Of a stretch of 64,000 bases of DNA, positions 18,518-27,357 are shown piece after piece (the first letter of the stretch is position 1; every line of letters begins with the position of its first letter). The notes under the pieces were generated by a model. It ran no database searches. It was not told where the DNA came from and was given only the letters and a program-made list of their open reading frames with translations. The DNA lies in IMG/VR virus record IMGVR_UViG_3300027619_000001, one strand, 5' to 3'. Position numbers and translations under genes: made by a program. Source of the stretch: a virus.

Positions 18518-18692
18518 CGGAAGCCATCTGCTCCTGTTCCTGTTCCTGTTCCTGTCCCGCCTTCACCAGCCAATTATGTGCGTCCGCTATCGACCCGAAA
18601 GGCCCAATCGGATGCGGGAGATCCCAGTCCCGGACGTAGTATCCGAGTTTTAATCCCGGTCCGCCCCGCTCGAAATCAATACGCTGTTTCAT
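18501..18692 (-). CDS. Small protein with (EQ)4 repeat
   Basis: 63-aa ORF. The hexanucleotide repeat ctgttc x4 at about 18531..18555 encodes EQEQEQEQ. Confidence 0.4.
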   Translation of the reverse strand: MKQRIDFERGGPGLKLGYYVRDWDLPHPIGPFGSIADAHNWLVKAGQEQEQEQEQMASDVHND

Positions 18693-18703
18693 CTCGGTAT
18701 ACG

Positions 18704-19549
18704 TTACCCGAATATCGCTCCCATGATCGAATCGTAGTCGTTCAACACGATCTGACCGTTCGCCGCTGGGTTAAATCTGCAGTCTTCGATTTCCACGTTA
18801 AACACCGTGCCTTCCGGCGTGTCGTCGCGCACTGTCGTCGCCACCACTTGCACCAAAAACGCCAAATCCCCGAATCCCTTGCGCGCCAGTTCTCCGGTCT
18901 TGCGTCCTTTCTCTTTTCCGGTGGAGTCGATATAGTTCTCCCACACCGGGCACTTTTTGCTGAGGAAGAACACATTAGCATCGTGATCGTAGGATTCCCG
19001 GATCACATCGCGCAACTCGGCATTCACAGGCCCGTAATGGTGGGGCATAATTTGCGTGAGCTTGCCGAAACGGGCCAGCCTCAGTAATTCATACAACTCG
19101 GTATCGGTGTCTACTACAGTTGTGCCATTGCCGCAACTCGCCAGTCCATCCCGGTAGTTGGACACGAACTGCTGCCATACCTTGTCGGCGGCCTCCGCGA
19201 CCTCTCCCGCTGACGCTTCCCCCGGTTGCACGGTCAACTCGTAATCGGCGACGTAAATCTTTTTCTCATCCTGGAATTTTTGCACCACGCCGTCCAGACC
19301 GATATCGAATGAGTGAACATAGATCGGCGACGGCGCGGTCAGTGAAGTGTGATTTTTTCCCGTCTTCTCTTCTCCGGTAAGGGAGATAATGATCCGCTTG
19401 GTGAGCGGCTTGTCGGCGCGTACGAAAGTGGATTTATGAGTGGATGACGAATTGCCGTTGGATGGCCGTGGTGACCGATTGATGACCGAGGCAGAAGAGG
19501 ACTGAGACTCCGCCCGAGGCTGGGGCTTGTTGAGATTGAGCGCGCACAT
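18704..19549 (-). CDS. RecA-fold ATPase, AAA_24/Sak4-like (recombination mediator candidate)
   Basis: Walker A-like SLTGEEKTGKNHT. Walker B-like TTVVDTDTELYELLRLARFG. The N-terminus MCALNLNKPQ shares the ALNLN tag. Confidence 0.45.
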   Translation of the reverse strand: MCALNLNKPQPRAESQSSSASVINRSPRPSNGNSSSTHKSTFVRADKPLTKRIIISLTGEEKTGKNHTSLTAPSPIYVHSFDIGLDGVVQKFQDEKKIYVADYELTVQPGEASAGEVAEAADKVWQQFVSNYRDGLASCGNGTTVVDTDTELYELLRLARFGKLTQIMPHHYGPVNAELRDVIRESYDHDANVFFLSKKCPVWENYIDSTGKEKGRKTGELARKGFGDLAFLVQVVATTVRDDTPEGTVFNVEIEDCRFNPAANGQIVLNDYDSIMGAIFG

Positions 19550-19551
19550 GA

Positions 19552-20205
19552 TTACAGAATTCCTTTCTCGACCAATTTAGGGGACTTTTTAGCGAACCAG
19601 TCCCGTACTCGTATAACTCTCCAACCACCGGATACAGCGTAGGCATCACGCTCCGCATCACGTTTTATCTGCAATGGCTGTCTGTGTTCCGGACCATCCA
19701 CCTCAATAACAAAACGACTAACAGGATCGGCAAAATCGAAGGCATAGGGGCCTATCATAAATTCCGAAAAGTAGCCTAAAGGCTCAAGGATCGAACGGAA
19801 GAGGCCATGAATTCCCCCTTGGGATTCTCTACGCGCCTTGCATAGATTACTGTGCCCCACAAGACTGCTCTTCATCGTTTCCCTAATTTTTGATTTGGTG
19901 GATTCCGATCTCGGAGGGTGAGGCAGGCCCTTCAACGCCCACGATATATTGCGCTTCCTTTCTTCCGAAAACACTTTACCTCTACACGCTTCTGAAATAG
20001 CCTTTCTATGCGCCTCTGTCAGCCGCCTACCTCGTAAGTGTTTTTTAGGCACACCCAGCGCGGACGCCGACATTTTAGCCCTTACCTCCTCCGGCACAAC
20101 TCTTCCCCGCAGGGATTCTGATATACGGCGACGTACCTCATCAGATACACGGCTCCCCTTTTTCACGTTACAAAATCCCCCGATCCACCAATTTGTCTTT
20201 CGCAT
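19552..20205 (-). CDS. Free-standing homing-endonuclease-like protein: five NUMOD3 repeats plus a Vsr/DUF559 PD-(D/E)XK nuclease domain
   Basis: Repeats: SDEVRRRISESLRG, PEEVRAKMSASALG, TEAHRKAISEACRG, SEERKRNISWALKG, SESTKSKIRETMKS. C-terminal domain: YAFDFADPVSRFVIEVDGPEHRQ...RDAERDAYAVSGGWRVIRV. Visibly more AT-rich than its flanks. Confidence 0.65.
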   Translation of the reverse strand: MRKTNWWIGGFCNVKKGSRVSDEVRRRISESLRGRVVPEEVRAKMSASALGVPKKHLRGRRLTEAHRKAISEACRGKVFSEERKRNISWALKGLPHPPRSESTKSKIRETMKSSLVGHSNLCKARRESQGGIHGLFRSILEPLGYFSEFMIGPYAFDFADPVSRFVIEVDGPEHRQPLQIKRDAERDAYAVSGGWRVIRVRDWFAKKSPKLVEKGIL

Positions 20206-20629
20206 CCGAGAGCCAATGCAACTGTTTCCCGGTTACCACATACGACACGCCGTACACCTCGTATCGCTCGAACTGTGCGCGGATGAAATCACGGGTACGA
20301 CCGTCGAGCGGCCCATCGTCCTCGTCCCACGGACAGGAGCCGATCATTTTCAGCAGTGTGATCGCACGCTCGGTATCGGACTGGGCGGTGCCCCCGGTGA
20401 CTTGACCGATACCTTTACCGAGAGATGGCTGTGGAGTCGGTGTCATACTCACACGCTTCGGCGTATCGACCGGGGTATTGAACCTTGCCAACTCGTCCTC
20501 GAACGCCTCTTTGAATTTACTCTTATCCGGCCCGCATCCGCCTTCCATTCGAGCAGCGTCATCGGCCAACTTGTGCGCCCGCCGCGCTAGAGCTTCAATG
20601 AGGATCGGAGATATCGTCGTAACCGTCAT
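20168..20629 (-). CDS. Hypothetical protein (likely target gene of the adjacent endonuclease insertion)
   Basis: ATG 20629 overlaps the upstream stop (TGATG). Its C-terminus KLVDRGIL* is echoed by the HEG C-terminus KLVEKGIL*. Confidence 0.5.
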   Translation of the reverse strand: MTVTTISPILIEALARRAHKLADDAARMEGGCGPDKSKFKEAFEDELARFNTPVDTPKRVSMTPTPQPSLGKGIGQVTGGTAQSDTERAITLLKMIGSCPWDEDDGPLDGRTRDFIRAQFERYEVYGVSYVVTGKQLHWLSDAKDKLVDRGIL

Positions 20630-21213
20630 CACAACCAACCTTTCTTCTGTGCATGCTCCATTATCTGCGACCAGTTATCCGCTATCTCCCTGTCGCTAAA
20701 TTCCAGTCTCACACACGGAGCCTGCGGCACGGGCGGTCGCCAGTTCCCCGCGACAAAGAACACGCCTAGATTGCAGACATTTGTGCTCACCATATGGCAG
20801 TAGGACTTGCACTGCATCAGTTCCAGAAAGAAATACTTCTCCAGTTGCTCGAATTTCCACGCGGCCATCCAGCGGCATTTTAACTCCCATAACTCCCACA
20901 ATTTGGTATCCAACCTGTCTGGCGTCCCCACAATCCCATCACACTCAAATTCCCCTGGATTGATGAGGGTGCCGCTCGTCACAGCTTCGGCATGGGCAAG
21001 GTCAAATACCCTTTCCCACAGCCACCCGCCACTCGCGTACCAGTCGAGATCGTCCTCTCCGGCGCTATCCTTGGCGATCCCAATCGTGGATGCGATGTCC
21101 CGGATCACGTCGGTCAGATGCAGCCCTGGCGACCGCGTGTGCCCGGTAATGGATTGCGGCCCGAGGATGCGCTGCGGGTACGGTGGTTGAGGTTCGAATG
21201 GGGTGACGATCAC
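20629..21213 (-). CDS. PD-(D/E)XK nuclease, RecB/Cas4-like exonuclease
   Basis: GIVGTPDRLD...LWELKC (D...ExK). C-terminal Cys residues. GTGA coupling to the upstream gene. Confidence 0.55.
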   Translation of the reverse strand: MIVTPFEPQPPYPQRILGPQSITGHTRSPGLHLTDVIRDIASTIGIAKDSAGEDDLDWYASGGWLWERVFDLAHAEAVTSGTLINPGEFECDGIVGTPDRLDTKLWELWELKCRWMAAWKFEQLEKYFFLELMQCKSYCHMVSTNVCNLGVFFVAGNWRPPVPQAPCVRLEFSDREIADNWSQIMEHAQKKGWL

Positions 21214-21374
21214 TCTCCTACCACCTCCTCCACCGTCCTCGACACCTCCGCGATCTCGCCATTCGGGATCACCAGCCGAATGCTCTCTTTGACTGCTGAC
21301 CGCTCCAACGTCCTCCGCAACCAGTCTTCGTCGCCGATGTATTCGAGCACGCGAATGATACGAACCTTGGGCAT
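21210..21374 (-). CDS. Small hypothetical protein (54 aa, not in the track)
   Basis: Own translation: MPKVRIIRVLEYIGDEDWLRRTLERSAVKESIRLVIPNGEIAEVSRTVEEVVGE*. Its stop overlaps the next GTG (GTGA). Confidence 0.4.
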   Translation of the reverse strand: MPKVRIIRVLEYIGDEDWLRRTLERSAVKESIRLVIPNGEIAEVSRTVEEVVGE

Positions 21375-21515
21375 AAATTGTGATTGTTCTTGGATATGAA
21401 TATCAAATTAGGGATCGGATGGCGGGCCTTCGGGCGCTGCCCTACCCAGTGCGTGATCCGTCGGTTACTGAATGTGATTCAGTACCGCCATCCTCACCTT
21501 TGTGGTGATGCAGCT

Positions 21516-22430
21516 CTACTCGGCGAGTCCGAGTGTCGGCGGCTCATAGACGAACCCGTTGTCATTGAGTGTGCTGCGAAACGCCTGCGTGGCACTCCGC
21601 GCAACGGCTTTGTTGGCCAACTTATCCATCCCGTTTTCGTTGTAATACCCGAACACCAACTTGGCAATCTCCTTGACCTGGATCGTCTCGCCTTCTGGGA
21701 TGCCGCCGCGCAGAGCGGAATAGAGATCGGCATCGTCGATATCGGACGCGGGTGCAGTTGTCGTTGCCGCCGCCGCCGCCGCTGCGTGCCCAACCGCTTT
21801 GCCGTTCGGTTTGCCACTCACAGTAGCCGCGGCACCAGGTTTGGCACCGACTGCGGGCTTGGTCGGCGATTTGGCCGGCGCAACTGTGTCCGCTCCCGGT
21901 AATGAATGGATCTTGGACACGAGTAGCACTGTACTGGGCCGCTGCGCGTTCTTGCCGGTGCGTATCAACCCGGTGCGTTCGACCGCTTTTTGCAGAAAAT
22001 GCGCTCGGGTGCCGATAATCACCTTCAAGTTGCCGTCATCCAGCATCTCCTTGGGGAATCCGTTATCGACCAGCGAGGCCAGAAACATCCCCAGATTGGT
22101 GCTGTTGTTGATGCCCGATTTGCCGGAAGGGGAGATGAATCCTTCATGCGACTCTTCGGGCTGGAGGTCTTCCGGTTTGCCCGCCGAGTAGTATTGCGTG
22201 TGCGCGGTGCCGTTGTCGTCAGTGATCTCGACAGCAAGGAAAGGTGTGGTGGGATCGACTTGTCCGTTCATGTCCCATTGGACTGTGCCTGCGTCGGTGA
22301 TATTGCCGTCAACGTCGTTAATGAGCCCTCCGGATGTAAACGTATCGGGGTTCATGGACATGCGTGCCGGTTTCGGTGGTGACGGCGGTGCCGCCTTCTT
22401 TGCCGCTGCCTGTGTTTGCTGTAAAGCCAT
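21516..22430 (-). CDS. Hypothetical protein; possible ssDNA-binding/annealing role by position only
   Basis: 304-aa ORF at the head of the recombination cluster. Ala/Pro-rich linker and acidic patches. No motif recognised. Confidence 0.45.
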   Translation of the reverse strand: MALQQTQAAAKKAAPPSPPKPARMSMNPDTFTSGGLINDVDGNITDAGTVQWDMNGQVDPTTPFLAVEITDDNGTAHTQYYSAGKPEDLQPEESHEGFISPSGKSGINNSTNLGMFLASLVDNGFPKEMLDDGNLKVIIGTRAHFLQKAVERTGLIRTGKNAQRPSTVLLVSKIHSLPGADTVAPAKSPTKPAVGAKPGAAATVSGKPNGKAVGHAAAAAAATTTAPASDIDDADLYSALRGGIPEGETIQVKEIAKLVFGYYNENGMDKLANKAVARSATQAFRSTLNDNGFVYEPPTLGLAE

Positions 22431-22485
22431 AAGTTATCCTGCTCCTTGGTTCCCGCTACCGGGAGTGAATTGTAAAACGATTGAG

Positions 22486-22686
22486 CTATTTTGAAACGGA
22501 ATCCCCGCTCTTACTCCGATCCCTGGTGCCCCAAGCCTCTTCCATCAACTTGTAGACATGGGCGTTGGCCGTCCGATGCTCTTTATCGGCCTCCCGGCGG
22601 ACCCGAGACGCAGCCGACAGCGGCAACCGCACATGCAGAGATACGGTAGTCAATCTAACGTGGCCATTGTTGGATACTTTTGGCAT
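22486..22686 (-). CDS. Ribbon-helix-helix (Arc/CopG-like) regulator
   Basis: Internal Met chosen. TVSLHVRLPLSAASRVRREADKEHRTANAHVYKLMEEAW gives a beta strand plus two helices. It is the first gene after promoter 22724..22752. Confidence 0.45.
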   Translation of the reverse strand: MPKVSNNGHVRLTTVSLHVRLPLSAASRVRREADKEHRTANAHVYKLMEEAWGTRDRSKSGDSVSK

Positions 22687-22723
22687 ACGCTGGTCACCTG
22701 TGGTTGATTGTGGAACGTTGACC

Positions 22724-22752
22724 AAAATAAATCCGGTGTGGAGGTTTGTCAA
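22724..22752 (-). promoter_or_regulatory. Sigma70-like promoter
   Basis: Minus strand: TTGACA (22752..22747), 17 nt, TATTTT (22729..22724), within a 119-nt intergenic gap. Confidence 0.55.
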
Positions 22753-22805
22753 GATAATTCGTACAATTCGCGCATAGAATCTGAAATAACTGGGAACACC
22801 TACTG

Positions 22806-23252
22806 TTACTGTTTGATCTTGCGGCACCAGGGTTTGCCGTCAGTCGAGTTTTCCTGTATCCACGAGCCTTGAGAGGGGCAAGAATACACGTCCTCCCAAT
22901 TAGGAGATTTCCATTCCCTGCCCGCACTAGTGGCGGGGATTTCTCTTGGTTCACTCTTAAGCGCGGGAATCATATCGAAGCACTGGCCATTCGTGCTGGA
23001 TTCATTAGGCATACAGTCACGCCAGCGCGGAACCATCTCCGCTTCGGCCCTCACGGGGCAGTCGATCTTCTCTGCCTCTGGCATCAGTCGATAGGCGTTG
23101 CCGTGAAGATTGAGCCGTAACCAGCCATCCGCGGCTAACCACACGGAATCCGTAGTCAACGGCATAGGATCGAGGATGGGAATCTTAACCACTTTCGCTT
23201 CCTGCCCCACCGCCGATCCCGCCATCAGGCACGCAACCCAGAACCAACGCAT
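22806..23252 (-). CDS. Secreted Cys-containing protein (moron-like)
   Basis: Signal peptide MRWFWVACLMAGSAVGQEA. Several Cys residues. AT-richer than the genome average. Confidence 0.5.
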   Translation of the reverse strand: MRWFWVACLMAGSAVGQEAKVVKIPILDPMPLTTDSVWLAADGWLRLNLHGNAYRLMPEAEKIDCPVRAEAEMVPRWRDCMPNESSTNGQCFDMIPALKSEPREIPATSAGREWKSPNWEDVYSCPSQGSWIQENSTDGKPWCRKIKQ

Positions 23253-23262
23253 AGAGCCTCCA

Positions 23263-23682
23263 TTATTCAACTTTAATACCCTCATTTGTAAGCGCCTTTT
23301 TAGCTTGTTCTATGGCGGCTAAGGCTTCTGGCGAGTTGAAACAAGTACTACGAATTTTGCCCTCATCGACAATAACCTTTATTAAGTCCCATGTAGCTGT
23401 TCGATAATCAAGGAACTGCCGCAAATGCTGATAATATTCATCATGCTCCGGCCCGCGCTCAATCATCACCGATAGTTCGCTGGCGATTCGCATGATAGTT
23501 CCGGGGTTACTTTGAACATTCATACGGTTGACAGTTAGCCGCAATTCTTCGAGAAACTGCGACAGGCGTTCCTCTTTACTCATTTCCGCTAAAGGCTTCA
23601 ACATAATCCTCCCTCGCACCCCACCATACCCACCATCCCCACCATCCCCCAGCGCCAATCCAACAACTAACAATCGTTTCAT
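23263..23682 (-). CDS. Hypothetical protein, start uncertain (23682 or 23604)
   Basis: There is an ATGA overlap at 23682, but a strong RBS (gagggagga) precedes Met 23604. Codons 10-22 are the G-run repeat GDGGDGGYGG. The body is very AT-rich. Confidence 0.45.
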   Translation of the reverse strand: MKRLLVVGLALGDGGDGGYGGVRGRIMLKPLAEMSKEERLSQFLEELRLTVNRMNVQSNPGTIMRIASELSVMIERGPEHDEYYQHLRQFLDYRTATWDLIKVIVDEGKIRSTCFNSPEALAAIEQAKKALTNEGIKVE

Positions 23683-23918
23683 TCTCCGTCCCCCTTGCGA
23701 ATAGCGGCAGCCACGTCTCGGCGATTAACCGCGCCACCAACCCAGAATAACGGCGCATTCTCTACTAGTCCAGCGTCCTTCTCCTTCTGTGCGGTCATTC
23801 CTGCGGAGTAAGCAGCCTGCACGATCTCCTTCAAATTAAGCCGCCGCAACGGTTCATCCACGAGATGCCAAAACTGCTCGACTATCGTTTCTTGGATTGG
23901 ATCGGGGCTAGGATTCAT
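23679..23918 (-). CDS. Small hypothetical protein
   Basis: Met MNPSPDP at 23918 overlaps the upstream gene end. Confidence 0.4.
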   Translation of the reverse strand: MNPSPDPIQETIVEQFWHLVDEPLRRLNLKEIVQAAYSAGMTAQKEKDAGLVENAPLFWVGGAVNRRDVAAAIRKGDGE

Positions 23919-24180
23919 CGGGGCCTCCAGCCCGTTTGCGAAGTTCGGCGAGGATATGATTTGCGGCATTCATAATGCAGCCTGTTATCATTCGCACATC
24001 GCCAGAATACAAACTATAGTAACGCGCGGCATTGCCGGCCAGGGAACTGGCGCATAACTCACAGAGCCACAGTTCCTTGTGGACACCATTGGACTCCATG
24101 CCGTGATCGTACATAGTGAGCGCATCGGTGTCGTAATGGCACGATTCGCATTCGTCCGGCTTATTCTTTCTCTCTGCCAT
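23908..24180 (-). CDS. Cys-rich small protein
   Basis: CESCH...CELC. TAATG coupling at 24180. Confidence 0.45.
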   Translation of the reverse strand: MAERKNKPDECESCHYDTDALTMYDHGMESNGVHKELWLCELCASSLAGNAARYYSLYSGDVRMITGCIMNAANHILAELRKRAGGPDES

Positions 24181-24368
24181 TAGAGCCTCCCCGCAACTTT
24201 CGCCGCTGCTTCTTTCCCGACCAAAGCATCGCAGTCCTCAAAACGTTTACCGCAGTCAAGGCACTTATGCATGAGCGGACCCCCGTTGCGACTGCTTACC
24301 TGTCCGCTACCGCATTTAGGACAGTGTTTGCCGTACTTGTCGAGTAAATCTTGCAGCGAATCGCTCAC
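24180..24368 (-). CDS. Zinc-ribbon protein
   Basis: CPKCGSG...CLDCGK. Confidence 0.5.
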   Translation of the reverse strand: MSDSLQDLLDKYGKHCPKCGSGQVSSRNGGPLMHKCLDCGKRFEDCDALVGKEAAAKVAGRL

Positions 24369-24601
24369 TTCCCCTCCTGCCCTCGGGCGTTCTCCCCGGA
24401 CTCCGTTGCGACTGGCGCGGGTACAGGATACAGTTTCTTCTCTATCTCGAATGCGGCGACTAGGTGATCGCGTAAATCAGAAGTCCAACAGCAACGGCAA
24501 GGTTTATTATGTGTACAATCATCGCCGCAAGCGCCGTACACGCCGATACGGTCGGCTAAACCCTCGATGATGTCATCCAACGTCTCAATTGCCATTCCCA
24601 T
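24365..24601 (-). CDS. Cys-rich small protein
   Basis: 78-aa ORF coupled on both sides. CGDDCTHNKPCRCC. Confidence 0.45.
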   Translation of the reverse strand: MGMAIETLDDIIEGLADRIGVYGACGDDCTHNKPCRCCWTSDLRDHLVAAFEIEKKLYPVPAPVATESGENARGQEGK

Positions 24602-26948
24602 CCTCCTTGGCTGGTGCGGATGCCAACTCTTCGCTTACGAATTTGTGCCACGCAAGGATTATGGATTCCGCCGCTTTGACTGCATGTTCTTCTGTTTCGG
24701 CTTGCGTCATTCGCTCCGGCAGTAGGGCGATGTAGCAGCTTGTCTGTTCATCCTTCCACGTATCCACACGGTGCCGCAGAACTACATGGGATTTATGCTC
24801 AGGTGCATTTTCAATAGCCTTGTAGCGTGCTAATTGAGTAGAAAGTGTGGTGTCCATAACATTCTCCTTTTCGATGGCTGGTGCGGATGCCAGAGCCTCA
24901 GCCAAGCCACAGATACACTCTAAGTCGATCCCTTGGTATTGCGGGCAATCGGAATCGTGGCGTCCGTACTTTCGCAGCGCCGCTTCCCGCTGATCGGCGT
25001 CACGCCTTAGATCGGCGATTATCTGCTCCAAAGAGCTATCTGTATCCTCTTTAGAAAGCACGCCGACCGCCTCCCAGATACGCTTAATAGTGGCTCCTCG
25101 CTGATCGGCCAACTCGCGCAAGCGCTTGATTGCAGTGATAGCGGATACGTCAAGCCGTCCTTCGATTAGTCCTTCGGTGGTGAGAAATTTGAACAGATTG
25201 CGCCAAATCTCTTTACCCGCGTCCAGTTCCTTGCGGGCCTCGGCAAGTTGCGCTTCCTTTTCCCCATAAAGTTCGCCAATGGCACGGTAGTACTTGTACC
25301 AGATGCCCTTTTCTGACTGCGTTGCGACAGCCTTTTCCAGCGCCCCTACCCTGCGATTCAATTCCCGATTCTTATTGCGGGCCTCGCGAAGCTCCCGCTC
25401 CGCCTTCTCAGCACGGTCCTGCCAGTTGAACATTGCCGCCTTGATTGACCAAGGCTCTCCGTGCTCTGTTGCGTAGGCGATTACTTTCTTGGCCCACTCG
25501 GCTTGCTCCCCTGCGGCGCGTGTTTGTGCGGATGCGCGTTCCCCCGCTACAGCACATCCTGTGGAAATGGCTTCTGGGATGGTCCCGGTGCCGTCATTGG
25601 GCATCACCTCCTTTCGAGGCTCCCCTGTGGTGCTGGGCGATGCCGCATACAAAGGCTGCCGACTTACAACCTTAACGCCTTCCGGAGCACGATAGCCGTT
25701 CTCTTCGCCAACATTTACCGACGCGAATTCAGCACGCTGTTTGCCATCCCAAATCACAATCAATTCTGCGACTGGCTGGGCGCTGGGCGATGCGGAGAGA
25801 GCCTCGCACTTACTTGTAACTGAAGCCTGCCACGCAATGCCGGCGCTAAAGGCGTGTGCCAAACTAATAGTCGCCCCGGACTTAGTCCATGTAATAAACC
25901 CCGGTTCATCACAACCAATCGACATCAAGTGATCCGCAACTAGGGGATGCCGCCATGAGTACTTGCCGCGAATATGCGTCCAAGCTGCCTCCAGCACAAG
26001 TTCGCCTCTCTCAGACCTCCCTGTCGCGCACATAACGCAAATTGATCGCTGTTCTTCTGGCCGGGGAGCCGCCGCATCCGTCAATGCAGGAGTCGATCCG
26101 CACGACAGGCAGCGATATTCCACCAGCCTCCAGTTCATGGTCCCATACTCGCCTTTGCTCACCATTACCGCGCCACAGACCGTACACGTAGGACCGGAGT
26201 GCCTAACATTGCTTACGAAATTGGCCGAGGGAGCCGCCGCGCCGGGGAACTGGAGAGCGCGAATTCGTTCCTCTATTCGGTTTTGTATCCACTCGTGTTC
26301 TCTACCGTAACTCAACGAGCGCGACTCTACGGCTGCTGCATCTCTCCCTTGCTCCCAATATCGCCTCAGCCGATCTGCCTCCTCATCCTCTTCGGTTGGC
26401 AAACTTCCTGCTAACTCCGTTGGCTCTGCTGGCGGCTGGGAGGGACGGAGGGAGCGATGCCAAGGATGTTGATTAGGCCACATGCAGCCTAATGCCTGCG
26501 AAGAATTCCATGCAAACCAGTCTTTTCTACCGCTCTCGCATTGCGGGCACACGTCCGGCTTCGCCTCTACTGGTGCAACGGTCGCCACTCGCGCTCTGTA
26601 AGCTAGTCCCGTGAGGATTGAACGCAACTGGAGTTTCTTCGGCGGCTGAATGGCTTTATCGCGGCCATCAATCTCGCACTGAGCGTCAACCAAGCCAAGT
26701 ACATCGAAAAGTTGGCGCATGCAATCGCCGATATCTGACTCCGTATCCCTGTTCAGTGTTGTCGTCCCTGCCGCTGCGCGGGAAGCGTAAGCCGCTGTTA
26801 TTTGCATAGCAACTTCTTTTCGCCGTTCACCGAGACGCTTGCGGACATTGAAATCATGTATGTAGTTGTCTGGTGCCGGGAGTATTACTTTCGTCGCCTC
26901 CCAAACCCACGTCTCCATCTCCGGCTGTCCCTTCCCCGATTCAGTCAT
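24585..26948 (-). CDS. Large orphan protein with zinc ribbons and long coiled coil
   Basis: ATGA coupling at 26948. CPQCESG and CTVCG...CLSCG. Long heptad-like region. The LASAPA peptide and the 17-nt GGCTGGTGCGGATGCCA are repeated (24608..24624 and 24876..24892). Confidence 0.55.
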   Translation of the reverse strand: MTESGKGQPEMETWVWEATKVILPAPDNYIHDFNVRKRLGERRKEVAMQITAAYASRAAAGTTTLNRDTESDIGDCMRQLFDVLGLVDAQCEIDGRDKAIQPPKKLQLRSILTGLAYRARVATVAPVEAKPDVCPQCESGRKDWFAWNSSQALGCMWPNQHPWHRSLRPSQPPAEPTELAGSLPTEEDEEADRLRRYWEQGRDAAAVESRSLSYGREHEWIQNRIEERIRALQFPGAAAPSANFVSNVRHSGPTCTVCGAVMVSKGEYGTMNWRLVEYRCLSCGSTPALTDAAAPRPEEQRSICVMCATGRSERGELVLEAAWTHIRGKYSWRHPLVADHLMSIGCDEPGFITWTKSGATISLAHAFSAGIAWQASVTSKCEALSASPSAQPVAELIVIWDGKQRAEFASVNVGEENGYRAPEGVKVVSRQPLYAASPSTTGEPRKEVMPNDGTGTIPEAISTGCAVAGERASAQTRAAGEQAEWAKKVIAYATEHGEPWSIKAAMFNWQDRAEKAERELREARNKNRELNRRVGALEKAVATQSEKGIWYKYYRAIGELYGEKEAQLAEARKELDAGKEIWRNLFKFLTTEGLIEGRLDVSAITAIKRLRELADQRGATIKRIWEAVGVLSKEDTDSSLEQIIADLRRDADQREAALRKYGRHDSDCPQYQGIDLECICGLAEALASAPAIEKENVMDTTLSTQLARYKAIENAPEHKSHVVLRHRVDTWKDEQTSCYIALLPERMTQAETEEHAVKAAESIILAWHKFVSEELASAPAKEDGNGN

Positions 26949-27202
26949 AGCAAGCCCGCTTTCCATCGTTCCTTCGATAACTGAAGAGAATGTACATTTA
27001 AAGAATGGATTGTTATCCGATCACCGTGTTCTCTGCCATAATCCACTTCAAACTGTGCCGCCTCCATCGAGGCGTAGTAATTTCCAGTCGGCTCATGGGC
27101 ACTTTCATGCCATGTGTAATAAACGAGCTGGCCTGCTCTTAACCGTCGCTGCCAATCGAGCAATTCGCGGACTCTCTTACCTGCCGCCCCGGTCTCAGTC
27201 AT
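26945..27202 (-). CDS. Small hypothetical protein
   Basis: 85-aa ORF. ATGA couplings at both ends. Confidence 0.45.
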   Translation of the reverse strand: MTETGAAGKRVRELLDWQRRLRAGQLVYYTWHESAHEPTGNYYASMEAAQFEVDYGREHGDRITIHSLNVHSLQLSKERWKAGLL

Positions 27203-27357
27203 CGCGTTGGCTCCTTGAACGCCCGGTTGCGGATGACAGTGTGAACTTCATCATCCTCGTGCACATCGGCCTCGTTCGCGTCCATCGTCACGTAATCGCA
27301 GTTCTGGCACACGTAGCGCCAATCTGCGCGATTAGTTGATTCGTCTATAAGCGGCAT
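27199..27357 (-). CDS. Small zinc-ribbon-like protein (52 aa, not in the track)
   Basis: Own translation: MPLIDESTNRADWRYVCQNCDYVTMDANEADVHEDDEVHTVIRNRAFKEPTR*. ATGA overlap with the next gene. Confidence 0.4.
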   Translation of the reverse strand: MPLIDESTNRADWRYVCQNCDYVTMDANEADVHEDDEVHTVIRNRAFKEPTR

